DNA of 62,597 nt, filler included, from Atractiella rhizophila (lineage: Eukaryota): assembly GCA_021432655.1 (NCBI GenBank). It is 4 parts of 4 records of this genome, joined end to end, with 100 filler letters (N's around TTAATTAATTAA, not from the genome) between each part and the next. Parts side by side here need not be neighbours in the genome. Positions count along the whole stretch, not along the records: positions 38,880 to 53,446 come from MU271746.1; positions 53,547 to 62,597 come from MU271788.1; 2 more parts are not named here. One strand, 5' to 3'. Below, in pieces: positions 52,525 through 62,597 of the stretch. The position numbers were made by a program, and so were the translations under genes. The stretch's first letter is position 1. Every line of letters begins with the position of its first letter. Under the pieces are notes generated by a model, which made no database searches, had not been told where the DNA came from, and saw only the letters and a program-made list of their open reading frames with translations.

Positions 52525-53446
52525 CTAGTTTGCTGCAACAACGGTTCCTGCGGTTGTCCCATGCGTGCCATTCCCATTCCTTTGATGCGCCTTTCTCCTC
52601 CCGTTTCCTGCCGCACTCTTCTTTCCGACTCCTTTGCGAATACATTCGGGGCAAATCCAATGGCCCTGTGGTACTGCTTTCAAACCAAGACAGCTAAGAT
52701 GGTACTACAGTTGCATCCTTAGTTTATACGCGTTAAGGTGATGGACTAAACGTACCCATTCAATGTCACAGCTCTTCTCATTGTCGCACCCCACCATCTC
52801 ATCGCCGTGTCCTCTCCCCTCACAAAAACACCACTCCTTGCGTTCTCCCTCATCCTCCGTCTGCTTTGGCGTACTGGGGGGCGGATGGATTGGATAACTT
52901 GTAGGGCTCGTCTGGTTAGACATACTCCCCATGCCAACAACGGGTGACATTCCCCCGGGAATGGTCCCTGGCCGCCAATTTGCTGGAGTGCCCCAAGCTG
53001 GGTCGTCGTAAGTTGGCGGTGGATAGCCCTCAGGCCCTCGTGGCATGGATATGTCCATATTCCAGATTGATTGTGGGGGAGGTTGGGTGACTGGAACAAC
53101 GCTTGTCAATGGATACGATACGGGAATCGCTTGAGGCGCCGCTGTAGTTGCAGGAGTATAATCCGTTGACGGCACATCTGGAGGGTCAGCTGAGGCTGAC
53201 GAACTAGTGCCCCCACTTAGAAGCTCATTCAGCCATAGCGAATGGAGGAGAAAATAAATACTTCTTCTTCTTCCTTTTATTCGATCCATCATCCTCCCTT
53301 TCCTGCAACGGACTTCTTCCCCTTGTTCTTTTCCTACCCTCTTCTTTCCCTCCTCCAACGACAGGACTCGCACCTCCAATGCTTGCTGCTCTTCCTCTCT
53401 CCCCCCTCTCAGAATTCGGATTCAGATTTGAACTTCGATGGGGCTG
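52525..53446 (-). CDS. PHD-finger (ING-type) protein, 5' end cut by spacer
   Basis: WCFCEGRGHGDEMVGCDNEKSCDIEW|YHLSCLGLKAVPQGHWICPEC (C4HC3). Confidence 0.88.
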
Positions 53447-53546
53447 NNNNNNNNNNNNNNNNNNNNNNNNNNNNNNNNNNNNNNNNNNNNTTAATTAATT
53501 AANNNNNNNNNNNNNNNNNNNNNNNNNNNNNNNNNNNNNNNNNNNN
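53447..53546. other. Artificial contig spacer
   Basis: N44-TTAATTAATTAA-N44. Confidence 0.97.
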
Positions 53547-54802
53547 GAAAAGGCGGCTTCGTTTCAAGATCTTCTGTTCTTCATCTACCCACAGTACACT
53601 TTCCATTTCTCTCATTCTCCTCTCCCCGGTCTCTTCTCTCTAAACCTAGTTGCTAATCTTTCTGTGCTTATGGGATAGTCTCGATTGCTGTGTGACCTGG
53701 AACAACGCTCCAGATCTGATGACCATGTCTCTCAAGTTTGATATGCCACTCCTCAAACGTCTCTGCACGAGTTTCTTGATTTCCAGCGCAGCGGGCCAGC
53801 CGATAAAGGCTATGAAGATTTCTGGTAGGTCCCTCACCGCTCCACCCTTTACCGCTCCACCCTACACCGCTCCCTCCCTGTGCTCATGTTTCTGCGATGG
53901 ATGCATGTGATACGTGTCGATAAAATGTCGGTTCGTCGACATCGATAGAGGACCATCAAATCCCCGAATTGTATAAAGAAGCATCAAGGTTTTTACTCGA
54001 CAACTTCAACGGCTGGGACACTTCGGATCTCGCCGTGCTAAAGCAGTCGACGCTGTTGAAACTGGAGAAAAGGTGCGCTGTCCCGCCGCATCCCTTTCAT
54101 TCTCTCAATATTCCACGTGTTGACATGTGTGGTTTCAGGCGGACTTGGTTCCTTGAACGCCTGCTCAAGCTAGGACTCGTGACGACAGCGAGGGATTACG
54201 TCTGTTCTCCCTCATGTCCTGACCCTCAGACCTGCGCGAAGCTCCTGGATGAGAAGTGGAGGAGCGCATGGAACGCTGCTTTCCGCTTCGGTTAGTCCAG
54301 AGTCACATCTTCGTCCTTTCTCCCATGCGCTTCAACTGACGCTGATTCTGAACAGGCCCTCCTCAACCGTCAATCATCTACCGATCCTTGAGACAACTCG
54401 AACCTTCCCTATCTTCTCCTGCCCTCCACCTTCCACATACCGCCTGTCAAGCTCACGCCCGCGCATGGGTAGCGGACCTGTTCGTCCTCCTCTGCATCTC
54501 CTGTCGGAATGATTTGAACTGATGATTGGATGGGTGAAGGTTCGATCGTATGTTCTCCCTCGCACCCACCGTCTCTCCTCGTGGATGGAGCGTCAGTGCT
54601 AGCGCTGGGTATTCCAGGACTTACGGTCTTTATGGAACTGGAGGCGCTGGGGGGATTGGTGGGGATACAGCGGGGAGTGGAAGTGGCTCGAAAGGCGTAA
54701 GTTTCTCCTTTATCTCAAGAATTTCGACGGGAATCTGATGGACACACCCGATGTCAACAGGCCAAGTACTTTTTGTTCATTACTATGGATCCGGAGCATT
54801 GA
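53547..54802 (+). CDS. C-terminal part of a BTB/POZ-associated-type hypothetical protein
   Basis: VTWNNAPDLMTMSLKFDMPLLKRLCTSFL, PIKAMKIS|EDHQIPELYKEASRFLLDN, LLKLEKR|RTWFLERLLKL; ends YFLFITMDPEH*. Confidence 0.6.
53831..53879. repeat. Intronic ~15-nt tandem repeat, 3 copies
   Basis: CCCT(C/TT/AC)ACCGCTCC repeated three times. Confidence 0.85.
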
Positions 54803-55133
54803 AATCCAGTTGAAGTCGTTTTCGTATTTCTAACGAAGTTCAGAGTGTCTGTAGGGAAGTGTGTAGTGTTGTCTACGATGTAATTTTTTTTCCGTGCAGA
54901 TCGATAGTTCACCAATAACATATACATTACTCTAAAGCTACTAAGCTCCGACCCTTCATTGAGGTAGGTCGTCCAATGTCCATTGAGATCCCAAAATCAC
55001 CATAGAAAAACGGTCCGTAAAGAAAGACCAAAACCAAAACACAATCCCAAGACAGAATAATGACCTTTTAAGTTGAAATGGACAGCGAAAGGATAAGGAG
55101 GAGTCGATTTGTGCCTCACACTCACTTCGGAAC

Positions 55134-56162
55134 TCAACTCCTGATGCAATGACCCAACAAGGTCATTCTCCATCCTTCTCGACACTTCTCCACCTTACAA
55201 TTTCCTTGGATACAGGTGACCCCGTCTTGTCTCACGCCTTCAAGCATCGTACAATCCCTACCACACATGCCACAGTTCTCTAAGTCCGCCTTCAAGTCTA
55301 CGCACTCTGATCCGCCAAATGGGGAGGTGGCGATGGTGCAAATATCTTGTCCTTCCGGACAAGGAGAGGAAGAGGGAGGCAGGGCAAGACGACGGTGGTT
55401 ACGAGCCGACGAGGAAGCGGGGAGGACGCAGATTGGCTCGTGGCAATTTGGAGGGGAGGAGTCGACGTAGGGCGGATTACAAAAGCAGGAACAGCTGCCA
55501 GCTACTCGGCACACAAGGAGGAGCAAAAATCAGCGCATCTCTGTCAAAGAAGAACGGAAAGGGTGAGAAGTGGGAGAGAGACGCACCGCGATCACAGAAG
55601 ACTGAGGAGTTTGGAGGACACCTTTTCGGAACGCTGGATTCAATCGTGGTCAAATCATGCCTCAATCTGGAATCGGTGGAGAAGAAATCACCAATAGTTC
55701 GCGAAATTTCCCATCCCCTTCTTGAATCCAGGCTTGCACTCGCAGGTCGACCTTCGCTCGCACGTCACCGCCCCATTATGGCAGCTGGGAACAGTTGGGA
55801 AATCAATATCAATCTACTCAACGGAGGGTCAGTACCAAATTTTCAACTTCAACTACAGCTGATATGGAAAGAGAAGGAGGAATGAGACATACGTCTAAGA
55901 GCTTGACCTTGAGACAAGCACAAACTCCGCCATGTATTGAGGTTTTGGCAAGGACGGTAACCACAGAGGCATCAACTTTGACGAAAGCGCAGAAGTCGAG
56001 TCCCAATCCTAAAAGCGAGGACGAGCCGGTGTTGAGACGCAAACGGGTGGAAGCCTGTGCCCCAACGCCGACGGAGAGAGGTTCAGGAGGTAGTGCGGTG
56101 GCAAGGACATTATGGAGTAGAGAGAAACAGGTGAAGAGATAGAACAAAAGGAGGGACTCCAT
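55134..56162 (-). CDS. Secreted cysteine-rich CPL1/PriA-like protein
   Basis: Signal peptide MESLLLFYLFTCFSLLHNVLA; C-terminal CPEGQDIC...ECVDLKADLENCGMCGRDCTMLEGV..VTCIQGNCKVEKCREGW. Confidence 0.85.
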
Positions 56163-57769
56163 CGAGAAGGAGAAGGAAAGAAATACGTTAGCGAAAACTC
56201 AGAAAACGAACGAGTGAAAGAATGGGAGATCTTCAAATGATACCAGGTTAAAAATTAGTTGGGAGAAGAAGAAGGAGCATAGTCCTTTTTATAGCTTGAA
56301 AGAGAGCCCATGAGAAATGAGAACATCGTGTGTCGTGAAAGCCTCAGATGTGAGACATTCATCAGTTCCGTCAGCCCGCAGATCAATTGACTCAGGGGAA
56401 TGAGAATATTCGACGGTTCGTTGTCAGTCAAATGCAACTCTTCGAGTTGTCATCAGTCTTCACATCAGTTCCAGTACCATATCTTGCAAATACCAGCATA
56501 CAATCAGAAGCGCATTTACTGCTGCGACAGACAGGAACTCGTCTCGCACAATGACTTCGTCAAAACTTTAACTTCGATAGGCACAAGAAATCACAGTAGG
56601 TAGGGAGACATGGAAAGAGGAGGCAGACGTGCTGCTGAGTTTGTAGATTCAGAAACCGCGACTTGATCTTATAATGAGGATAGGTGACTTTCAGTGGTGG
56701 CATGTGATACCCCTTTTCCGCTTCATGAACTTGAGCTTGAACTCGGGTGGAGTGAGAAATGGACAAGGAAGTGAAACAAAACAATGGATCAAAACAACTG
56801 TCGCTTCCTGTTGATTTTGAATTTATAGCAACGTTGAACTTTTGACATAGCACATGGAATCATGCAGTGGCAACATCCGTGGCCGAATCAGCATCACGAT
56901 AACTGATGAGATTTGTGCACAGTTCTAATCCTGCAAGCGAACATGCAAACAAAGAACAAAGGTTGTAATTCCCAAAAATCAGATACAAGCCGAAAGCTCG
57001 AATCAGGGATTAGACAACGCACATATCATGGATTGGTTTCATTTGAAAACATAACGCAAAGTGTCAAAGTGTAGTAGTAAACCCTATATTGAGGAGGAAG
57101 GACCTCGAAGACTCTTCAAAGGGAAGGAATGGAATCATGCCGCGGTTGTTGCTTCAATTTCCGCTTCACAGGTTGTTACTCGGTCGGCCATATTTTTCTG
57201 AAGGAAGGAAATATGCGAGAAAATCTTGCTGTACTCCAACACACAGGTAAACAGAGCCGTTAGTCTCATCCTGAAGCCTCAGGTAAAGAACGTGGCAGTT
57301 TCTCCGTTTCTGTCAAGCAGAATGGCAAGCAAATGGTGAGTTTCCATACCTCAATCATCGCGTCAACAGCGCCACTATCTGCAAATACCTCTCAACAGCT
57401 CTCAAGCAGGGCACAAGATGCTCACATAAATAAACTGAAGCTATCTAGAAGTCCACTCTCGTCCTCTTGCGCAAATTCTTCATAAATATAGCCCAAGCTA
57501 CGCGAAGCTAGGGATCCACAATGGGGCGGGACAGGTCCGGAACCCGTACTTCGTTCCCATTTTTTTGGCAGGTGTGGAGCTCACTAAACACGTCTCAAAC
57601 CGCACACATTTTTGACGGGACGGAAAGACGTGCACAGACATGAAGGAGTGTTCCCATCTTCATACGCCAACATGTCTCCTAACGTGGCTCCAGATTTCTA
57701 TGGCTGTGCAATTTACGTAGGATCTTTTAGTCAACCAGGCCAGGTCGGCTGGCTCATCAACACAAGAAG

Positions 57770-59070
57770 TCAGAGGTTCCTTTGTGCACTTGATGCGTGT
57801 CCAATGTAAGACCAGAATCTTCTTCTGACTAGTCTTGCCTCAGTCGCTCCAGTGCTCCATTCAAAGTCTTGATCCCAAATTGTCGATAAAAGGCATGTTG
57901 CAACAACATAACATGAATGAACTTCTCGTAGTAAAAACTGTTGCGACTGAAATTCGAATCGTACATCGTAAACGTGAGTTTTCCAAGCGATATTATGGTC
58001 GAGGTATGTGTCGATGATTGAGGTATCTGAGTATACCGGAGCAATGTCTTCTTCAAATCTGGGAGTGCTGTCTGATGGCATCCATATTACGAATATGAAT
58101 CTAGATGAAGCGTAGAAGGGAGGCAGGTCGCAAGAGAGATGAAGGCCGCACCCCAAGCGGAAGGCTGAGCGGGGTGGGTAGAGCTCGTGGCGCCCATCGC
58201 ACCCTAAGCGGAAGGGGGGTTGAAGAGGGCAGAGAAGATGGCCGACGATGATGTGACTGTACCAAAAACAGTGTCTGTATACTTTGGAGACATGAGATAA
58301 GGGGGGGAGCGCACGAGATACAGTCGAGACACTGGGAAGAGTGGGGGACGATCACTCGAGTAGAAACGTCTAATGTCCGAGTGTAACTGAAGTTGGGCCG
58401 TGACATTCAGCCTTGGAAAGGTTCATATTAGCCCAATCACTTGCCTGGAAGCAAAGGAGCGTACTTCTCAGCTTCCTTCTGCTGCTCCAGCAGAACAGAA
58501 AGTTGCTCATTGACAATGAGCTCCCTTTTTGCACGGGTAATTGCCTACAGGGTATAATTGAGTTTGTTCCTGGTTGCGAAAAATTCCACTCACAACATAT
58601 AAGCAGTTCATTTCTTGTTTCCAAGACTCCGAGTCACTTTGTGGTTCAGAGAAAACCGCGAGGAAGTCGTCGGCGATAGCTACTCGATCGTACTCACTAA
58701 GATCAATGTCGATCAGGGACATGATTGACAAAAGAAAGGAGCAACAAACCCCCCTCTAGACTCGTGCGCAGTGAGCAAGGTCAGCTCTGCCTTCTCCGGG
58801 AATCGGCAATGCAGCTCTTCTACGCGTGTCAGATTGTGCAACAAAGCTTCTTGAGACTCTTCCGACTCCATCGCTGCCTGAAAAGTCGACTCCATGGAAT
58901 AAACGATGGCAGCCTTTACATGTTCTGAGCTGAGTTACAAACATATGAGAAGGCGTACGAGTGCATGCACCGCTTCTCCAGTCACCTCTTGCACTTCTTC
59001 CCGCAGCTGGTCCCAAGTATCGTACCCTTGCAAGGAAATCTGCCTGCCTGTCTTTTCCCTTACTCTTCAA
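57770..59070 (-). pseudogene. Possible decayed hypothetical gene
   Basis: Protein-like exon fragments (YDTWDQLREEVQEV, AAIVYSMESTFQAAMESEE, DIDLSEYDRVAIADDFL) separated by in-frame stops. Confidence 0.3.
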
Positions 59071-59079
59071 CTTCCTTCC

Positions 59080-60999
59080 ACAGCTGGTGTACGACTAACT
59101 CTATATGCCGGTCCGTTCGGTATCCTCAACCTTAAGCACCGGTATAATTTCTATCTACTAAACTTTTTTCCGTTAGACAACGGTTTTTAGAACTGATGTT
59201 TCCGACCGTCAAGACGCACTTTATTTTTGGGGATCCTTTAGGGAATCTTTCCTACATAGTCTTGACATCGCTTCATTCCTTTAACTTACCAACTGAGTAT
59301 CCACACCCTCTCTGTACACGCAAATAACTTACACTGGTTTGCAAAAACTACAAGGGGTAACGTACGTAAATGCGCAGACTGCGTTTCCATATGAGGTTTA
59401 TGATAGGAAGTAGGTCGAACTGCCGCTAGTGCTTTAGCTTGGGTGGAAAGTCGCCGTTATTTCCGCCGTAGACTGAGATCTCCTTTTCGGCTGGTAACTC
59501 GAAGTCGTTGAAGACGAAGTCTGTTGAAGTGTGAGCTTTAGCGCGCGAATTATGAATATAGTGCGACATCGATCAGTGAAACACTCAGAACGGTGTGGAT
59601 AATGGGGTCTAAATGTCTTTTGGCGAGCGTCGTGGCACGACCGGTATTGAGGTCTCAGCATACGGAGGCGTATGCCGTGGCAGAACGAGAAGGTGTGGAA
59701 CGGTTACTGCGATCTCGTTCTCCACCGAAGCGCAATGTTAGAGCAAGGCCCTTGGTAACAGTTTTAGTTCCGAAAACGACCTTGCCCCTTCTGTTGCTGC
59801 GAGCAGCTTGAGCGTGCCTTGCGCTAACAACGCTTGGGTCGATAAGCTTAGGAAATGCGGACGAAATTATTTCGAAACGCCTCTCTACCTCTCGCTGCTA
59901 AATCAAGATACGGAGTTCATTTCACGGCTTGAAAGTTAAGGTAGCGAAAAGCACGACAGCATAAGGTTTTAGGGAGTCGCAAGTTCTTCAAGTTCAACCG
60001 TTCCTACGAGTTAATGTCTGTGTAATACCTAGAAGATGTAACCCTTTACCTATAGTTGCTACTATCACGTGCCACCATGTAGCTTGTGCCTGAAGGAAAG
60101 GGTGTGAGGTTGTACCGATTTCGAGTTGCCCAAGAGTTTTCGGAGTTGTTCAAAAGATCGATCACGCCTACTGCTCGGCTGTACCTCCGTGTAGATGTTA
60201 GGCGGCCCCCTACTTCCTTTCCTCCTGTATCTGCTGCGCCTCGACAATTGTCCCAACTGCTGCCGAACCTTAGCACAAGCGCTGTACTGCCTGGATTTGC
60301 GAGGTAATGGAGTGTTGCGTATGGAGTTTGAGCGCTCGTACTTTAGAGGGAGGCAGCTTAACTTTATACTATACTAGAATAATCTGCTCCGTGTTCCAAG
60401 CGACTAAGAAGAGTCGAACGTCAAGGTAGAGAGTCTGGTGTCGGTTTCGAATGACAAACTTGCGATCTAAACTCGCTACACCTAACCGCGAATAAAAGGT
60501 GGGTTGAATGAAGGGCAAAGGCTGGCGTTTAGCAAGAGCAACCTCTAGGGGTGGTTAGATAGATGCCAAAAGCGCCGCGGTTTCTACATACCCTCTGCGA
60601 ACTTCGAGCAGTTTGGAAGTGTGAGTGGGTTAGTAAGGCGAAAGTCCTAAGATAGCGTTTGCAGCGATTACGTTAAGAGTTAACATTCCCCCTCCTTCTC
60701 TTCGATTCTCCCAGCCGTTTATACTGACTAAAACAGAATTGCTTTGCTGCCGGCGACTTCCTTGTCAACGGTCTCCCTTTCAACTGATACTAGAAATCCT
60801 GCTTGTTCCCAAGCAGAAAAGAAAAAGTCTCGTGTTACCTGAATGCACGAACAAATGTCGGTATTAACTGCGACAAGAATGACTTCGGGACAGCCTGTTA
60901 GGCGCTGCAATAATATAGTCGTGTCCTTTGGGTCCAGTAGAGGACGCCCTGCCGAAGAGGAGAAGACACCACTGCTTGCCGGATTTGGGGTGTCGCGGA
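59080..60999. mobile_element. Decayed TpA-rich tract ending at an N gap (probable repeat relic)
   Basis: Short broken ORFs only, TpA excess, abuts the gap at 61000-61087. No recognisable domain. Confidence 0.3.
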
Positions 61000-61087
61000 N
61001 NNNNNNNNNNNNNNNNNNNNNNNNNNNNNNNNNNNNNNNNNNNNNNNNNNNNNNNNNNNNNNNNNNNNNNNNNNNNNNNNNNNNNNN
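61000..61087. other. Assembly gap (88 N)
   Basis: N run without linker. Confidence 0.95.
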
Positions 61088-61191
61088 TCGTCAGTCGGAA
61101 GCTTGGGCACGCGAATAGCAGCGTGTGAATTTGTGGAAGGGAAGGAGAAGGACCATTAATTTATCATCTGCACATACACAGGAAGGGTCGC

Positions 61192-62403
61192 ATGCCTCTG
61201 TCCGTCCATGGTTTGCTTTCGTGACAGTCAACGCCTTGGTCTGATAATCAATCCTCAAAAGGTAAGCGTCGCACGAGGGGCTTCTCCATAGCGTGCTTCC
61301 AACCCTGATCTTACTCTTCGTTATGAGAGTCATCGCATTGGCAACGTGCCTTTTTCCTGAGAGGGCGGAATCTGACATTGTTGTGAGATGCTATGCTGTC
61401 TGCTTATTGAGTCCACGGATGTCTAGGTATGATGTTTCTTGGATGCCTTTCCTTCTGCTCGAATGTTAATCGTAAACGCGATTGTATTTATTGTCAGACT
61501 GCATACGTTCAACCTATTACATCCCACCTATGTTTCCCGATCTTGCTCTAGTCTCCTTTCGCACTAGCATCCAAAAATAGGACCAATGCACTGAAACTGA
61601 TAATATTTCTTTCAGTTTACAGTGTCAATCCCCAGTGGCAAATTCACACATGCGCGCATAGCAAGCCGGGTCGGACTGCATCCCATCCTGCGAGCAGGAA
61701 TCGGTATGACCGACGGTTAGTCCTTATCCTCCTCTTCCATAATGCTACAGTTCTACATCTCGGTCTGTTCAGGAATGAGAATACGCTTGATGCAGTAGAA
61801 TATTATAATAAACTCCCCAAAGACGGTGGTCGCAGATGAAGTCTTTGTACGTCCCTCCCCTTTCGCTTCTTTACCCTTTATCTCATATTCTTATTGACAT
61901 GGTGTGAGATGTAGATCATAAATCCCATTGTCGCTACTGGTGGCACAGCAATCGCAGCCGTCCACATGCTTGTGCGTTACCTTCCTATCTCAGGAGATAT
62001 ACCTTATCATCAAGGTGGCGACTTGGCATGCAATGCGAAATAGCAAGATTGGGGTATACCCGTAGAGAACATCAAGCTCTGCCTCGTCGCCTCGTTCCCA
62101 GGCCTCCAAAAGATCATGCGAGCCTTTCCCGAACTGGAGATCTGGACTGCAGCTATCGATCAAGACGTGCGTCCCTCCCCCTTCCATGTCTCCATTCCCC
62201 ATCCCTGGAATACCTTTTATTGATAATTGGGTGGTGCAGCTTACGAAAATATGATCTCTCCTGGACTAGGCGTCAGTGGAGATCGCCCCTTTTGGACGGG
62301 CAGCTATGCGCAGTCATATTCTTCATTCTCCCTTTCGGCTTTCAGCTTTCAGCTTTGTCTGAGAAGGGGGAATGGGTGGAGCCGCCAGCAGAAGCACTGG
62401 TGA
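61192..62403 (+). pseudogene. Degenerate uracil phosphoribosyltransferase (FUR1/upp-like)
   Basis: LHPILRAGIGMTD, HLGLFRNENTLDAVEYYNKLP, IINPIVATGGT, IWTAAID, PGLGVSGDR. Has a frameshift at about 61815-61821 and substituted catalytic aspartates. Confidence 0.75.
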
Positions 62404-62597
62404 GGCAGATGGCGAAGCGGCTGCGTTCTTAGATTCGCTCTGTTGTAATTTATTCTTCTCTTCGCCACGGTTTTTTTCATGACTGGAGACTTGCAAAAAT
62501 CCACGGCAAGTCTGGGCAGAGGCATGCACCTGTTATCACTACACACTGGCAGTTCACGTTCAAGTTGCTTCCAAGCTGTGCTATAGTAGGTTTTTGA

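Noticed and set aside
27962..53546. TTAATTAATTAA palindrome recurring three times
   Set aside because: Always embedded in identical N44 flanks, so it is an artificial six-frame-stop spacer. Gene neighbourhoods across it are meaningless.
16560..62403. Pyrimidine-salvage cluster (NCS1 permease plus UPRTase)
   Set aside because: The two genes lie on different concatenated pieces separated by spacers.
1..62597. CRISPR arrays, tRNA or rRNA genes, intact transposase or reverse transcriptase
   Set aside because: None seen. GGTTCGA hits (19846, 44422, 54539) lack cloverleaf context, and the repeats are simple coding microsatellites.

Overview
Intron-rich fungal genomic DNA, basidiomycete-type by gene content (DUF6534 membrane proteins, a CPL1/PriA-like protein, a UbiA-type cyclase, ~50-60 nt GT-AG introns and micro-exons). 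The window is not continuous. Three artificial N44-TTAATTAATTAA-N44 spacers (27962-28061, 38780-38879, 53447-53546) join four sequence pieces, and there are two ordinary N gaps. About 22 genes are recognisable: a tandem pair of HExxH proteins, two DUF6534 proteins, PTEN/TEP1, a UbiA-family enzyme, an NCS1 permease, a coilin-like protein, URM1, xylitol/sorbitol dehydrogenase, a GFA protein, PPE1, a WW protein, an AAA ATPase, an SDR, a HECT E3 (HUL5/UBE3C-like), PRE7, GUP1, an epoxide hydrolase, a PHD protein, a BTB-like protein and a CPL1-like protein. There are also degenerate SDR and UPRTase copies and two decayed TpA-rich tracts. The most interesting signal is non-coding. The 966-nt intron of the PTEN gene appears to fold on the sense strand into a multi-helix RNA with an enclosing helix and a U/A-rich pseudoknot, a candidate undescribed large intronic ncRNA (telomerase RNA is one testable hypothesis). 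The other long introns inspected (URM1, HECT, NCS1, WW) also show nested complementarity. All exon boundaries and pairings were read by eye.
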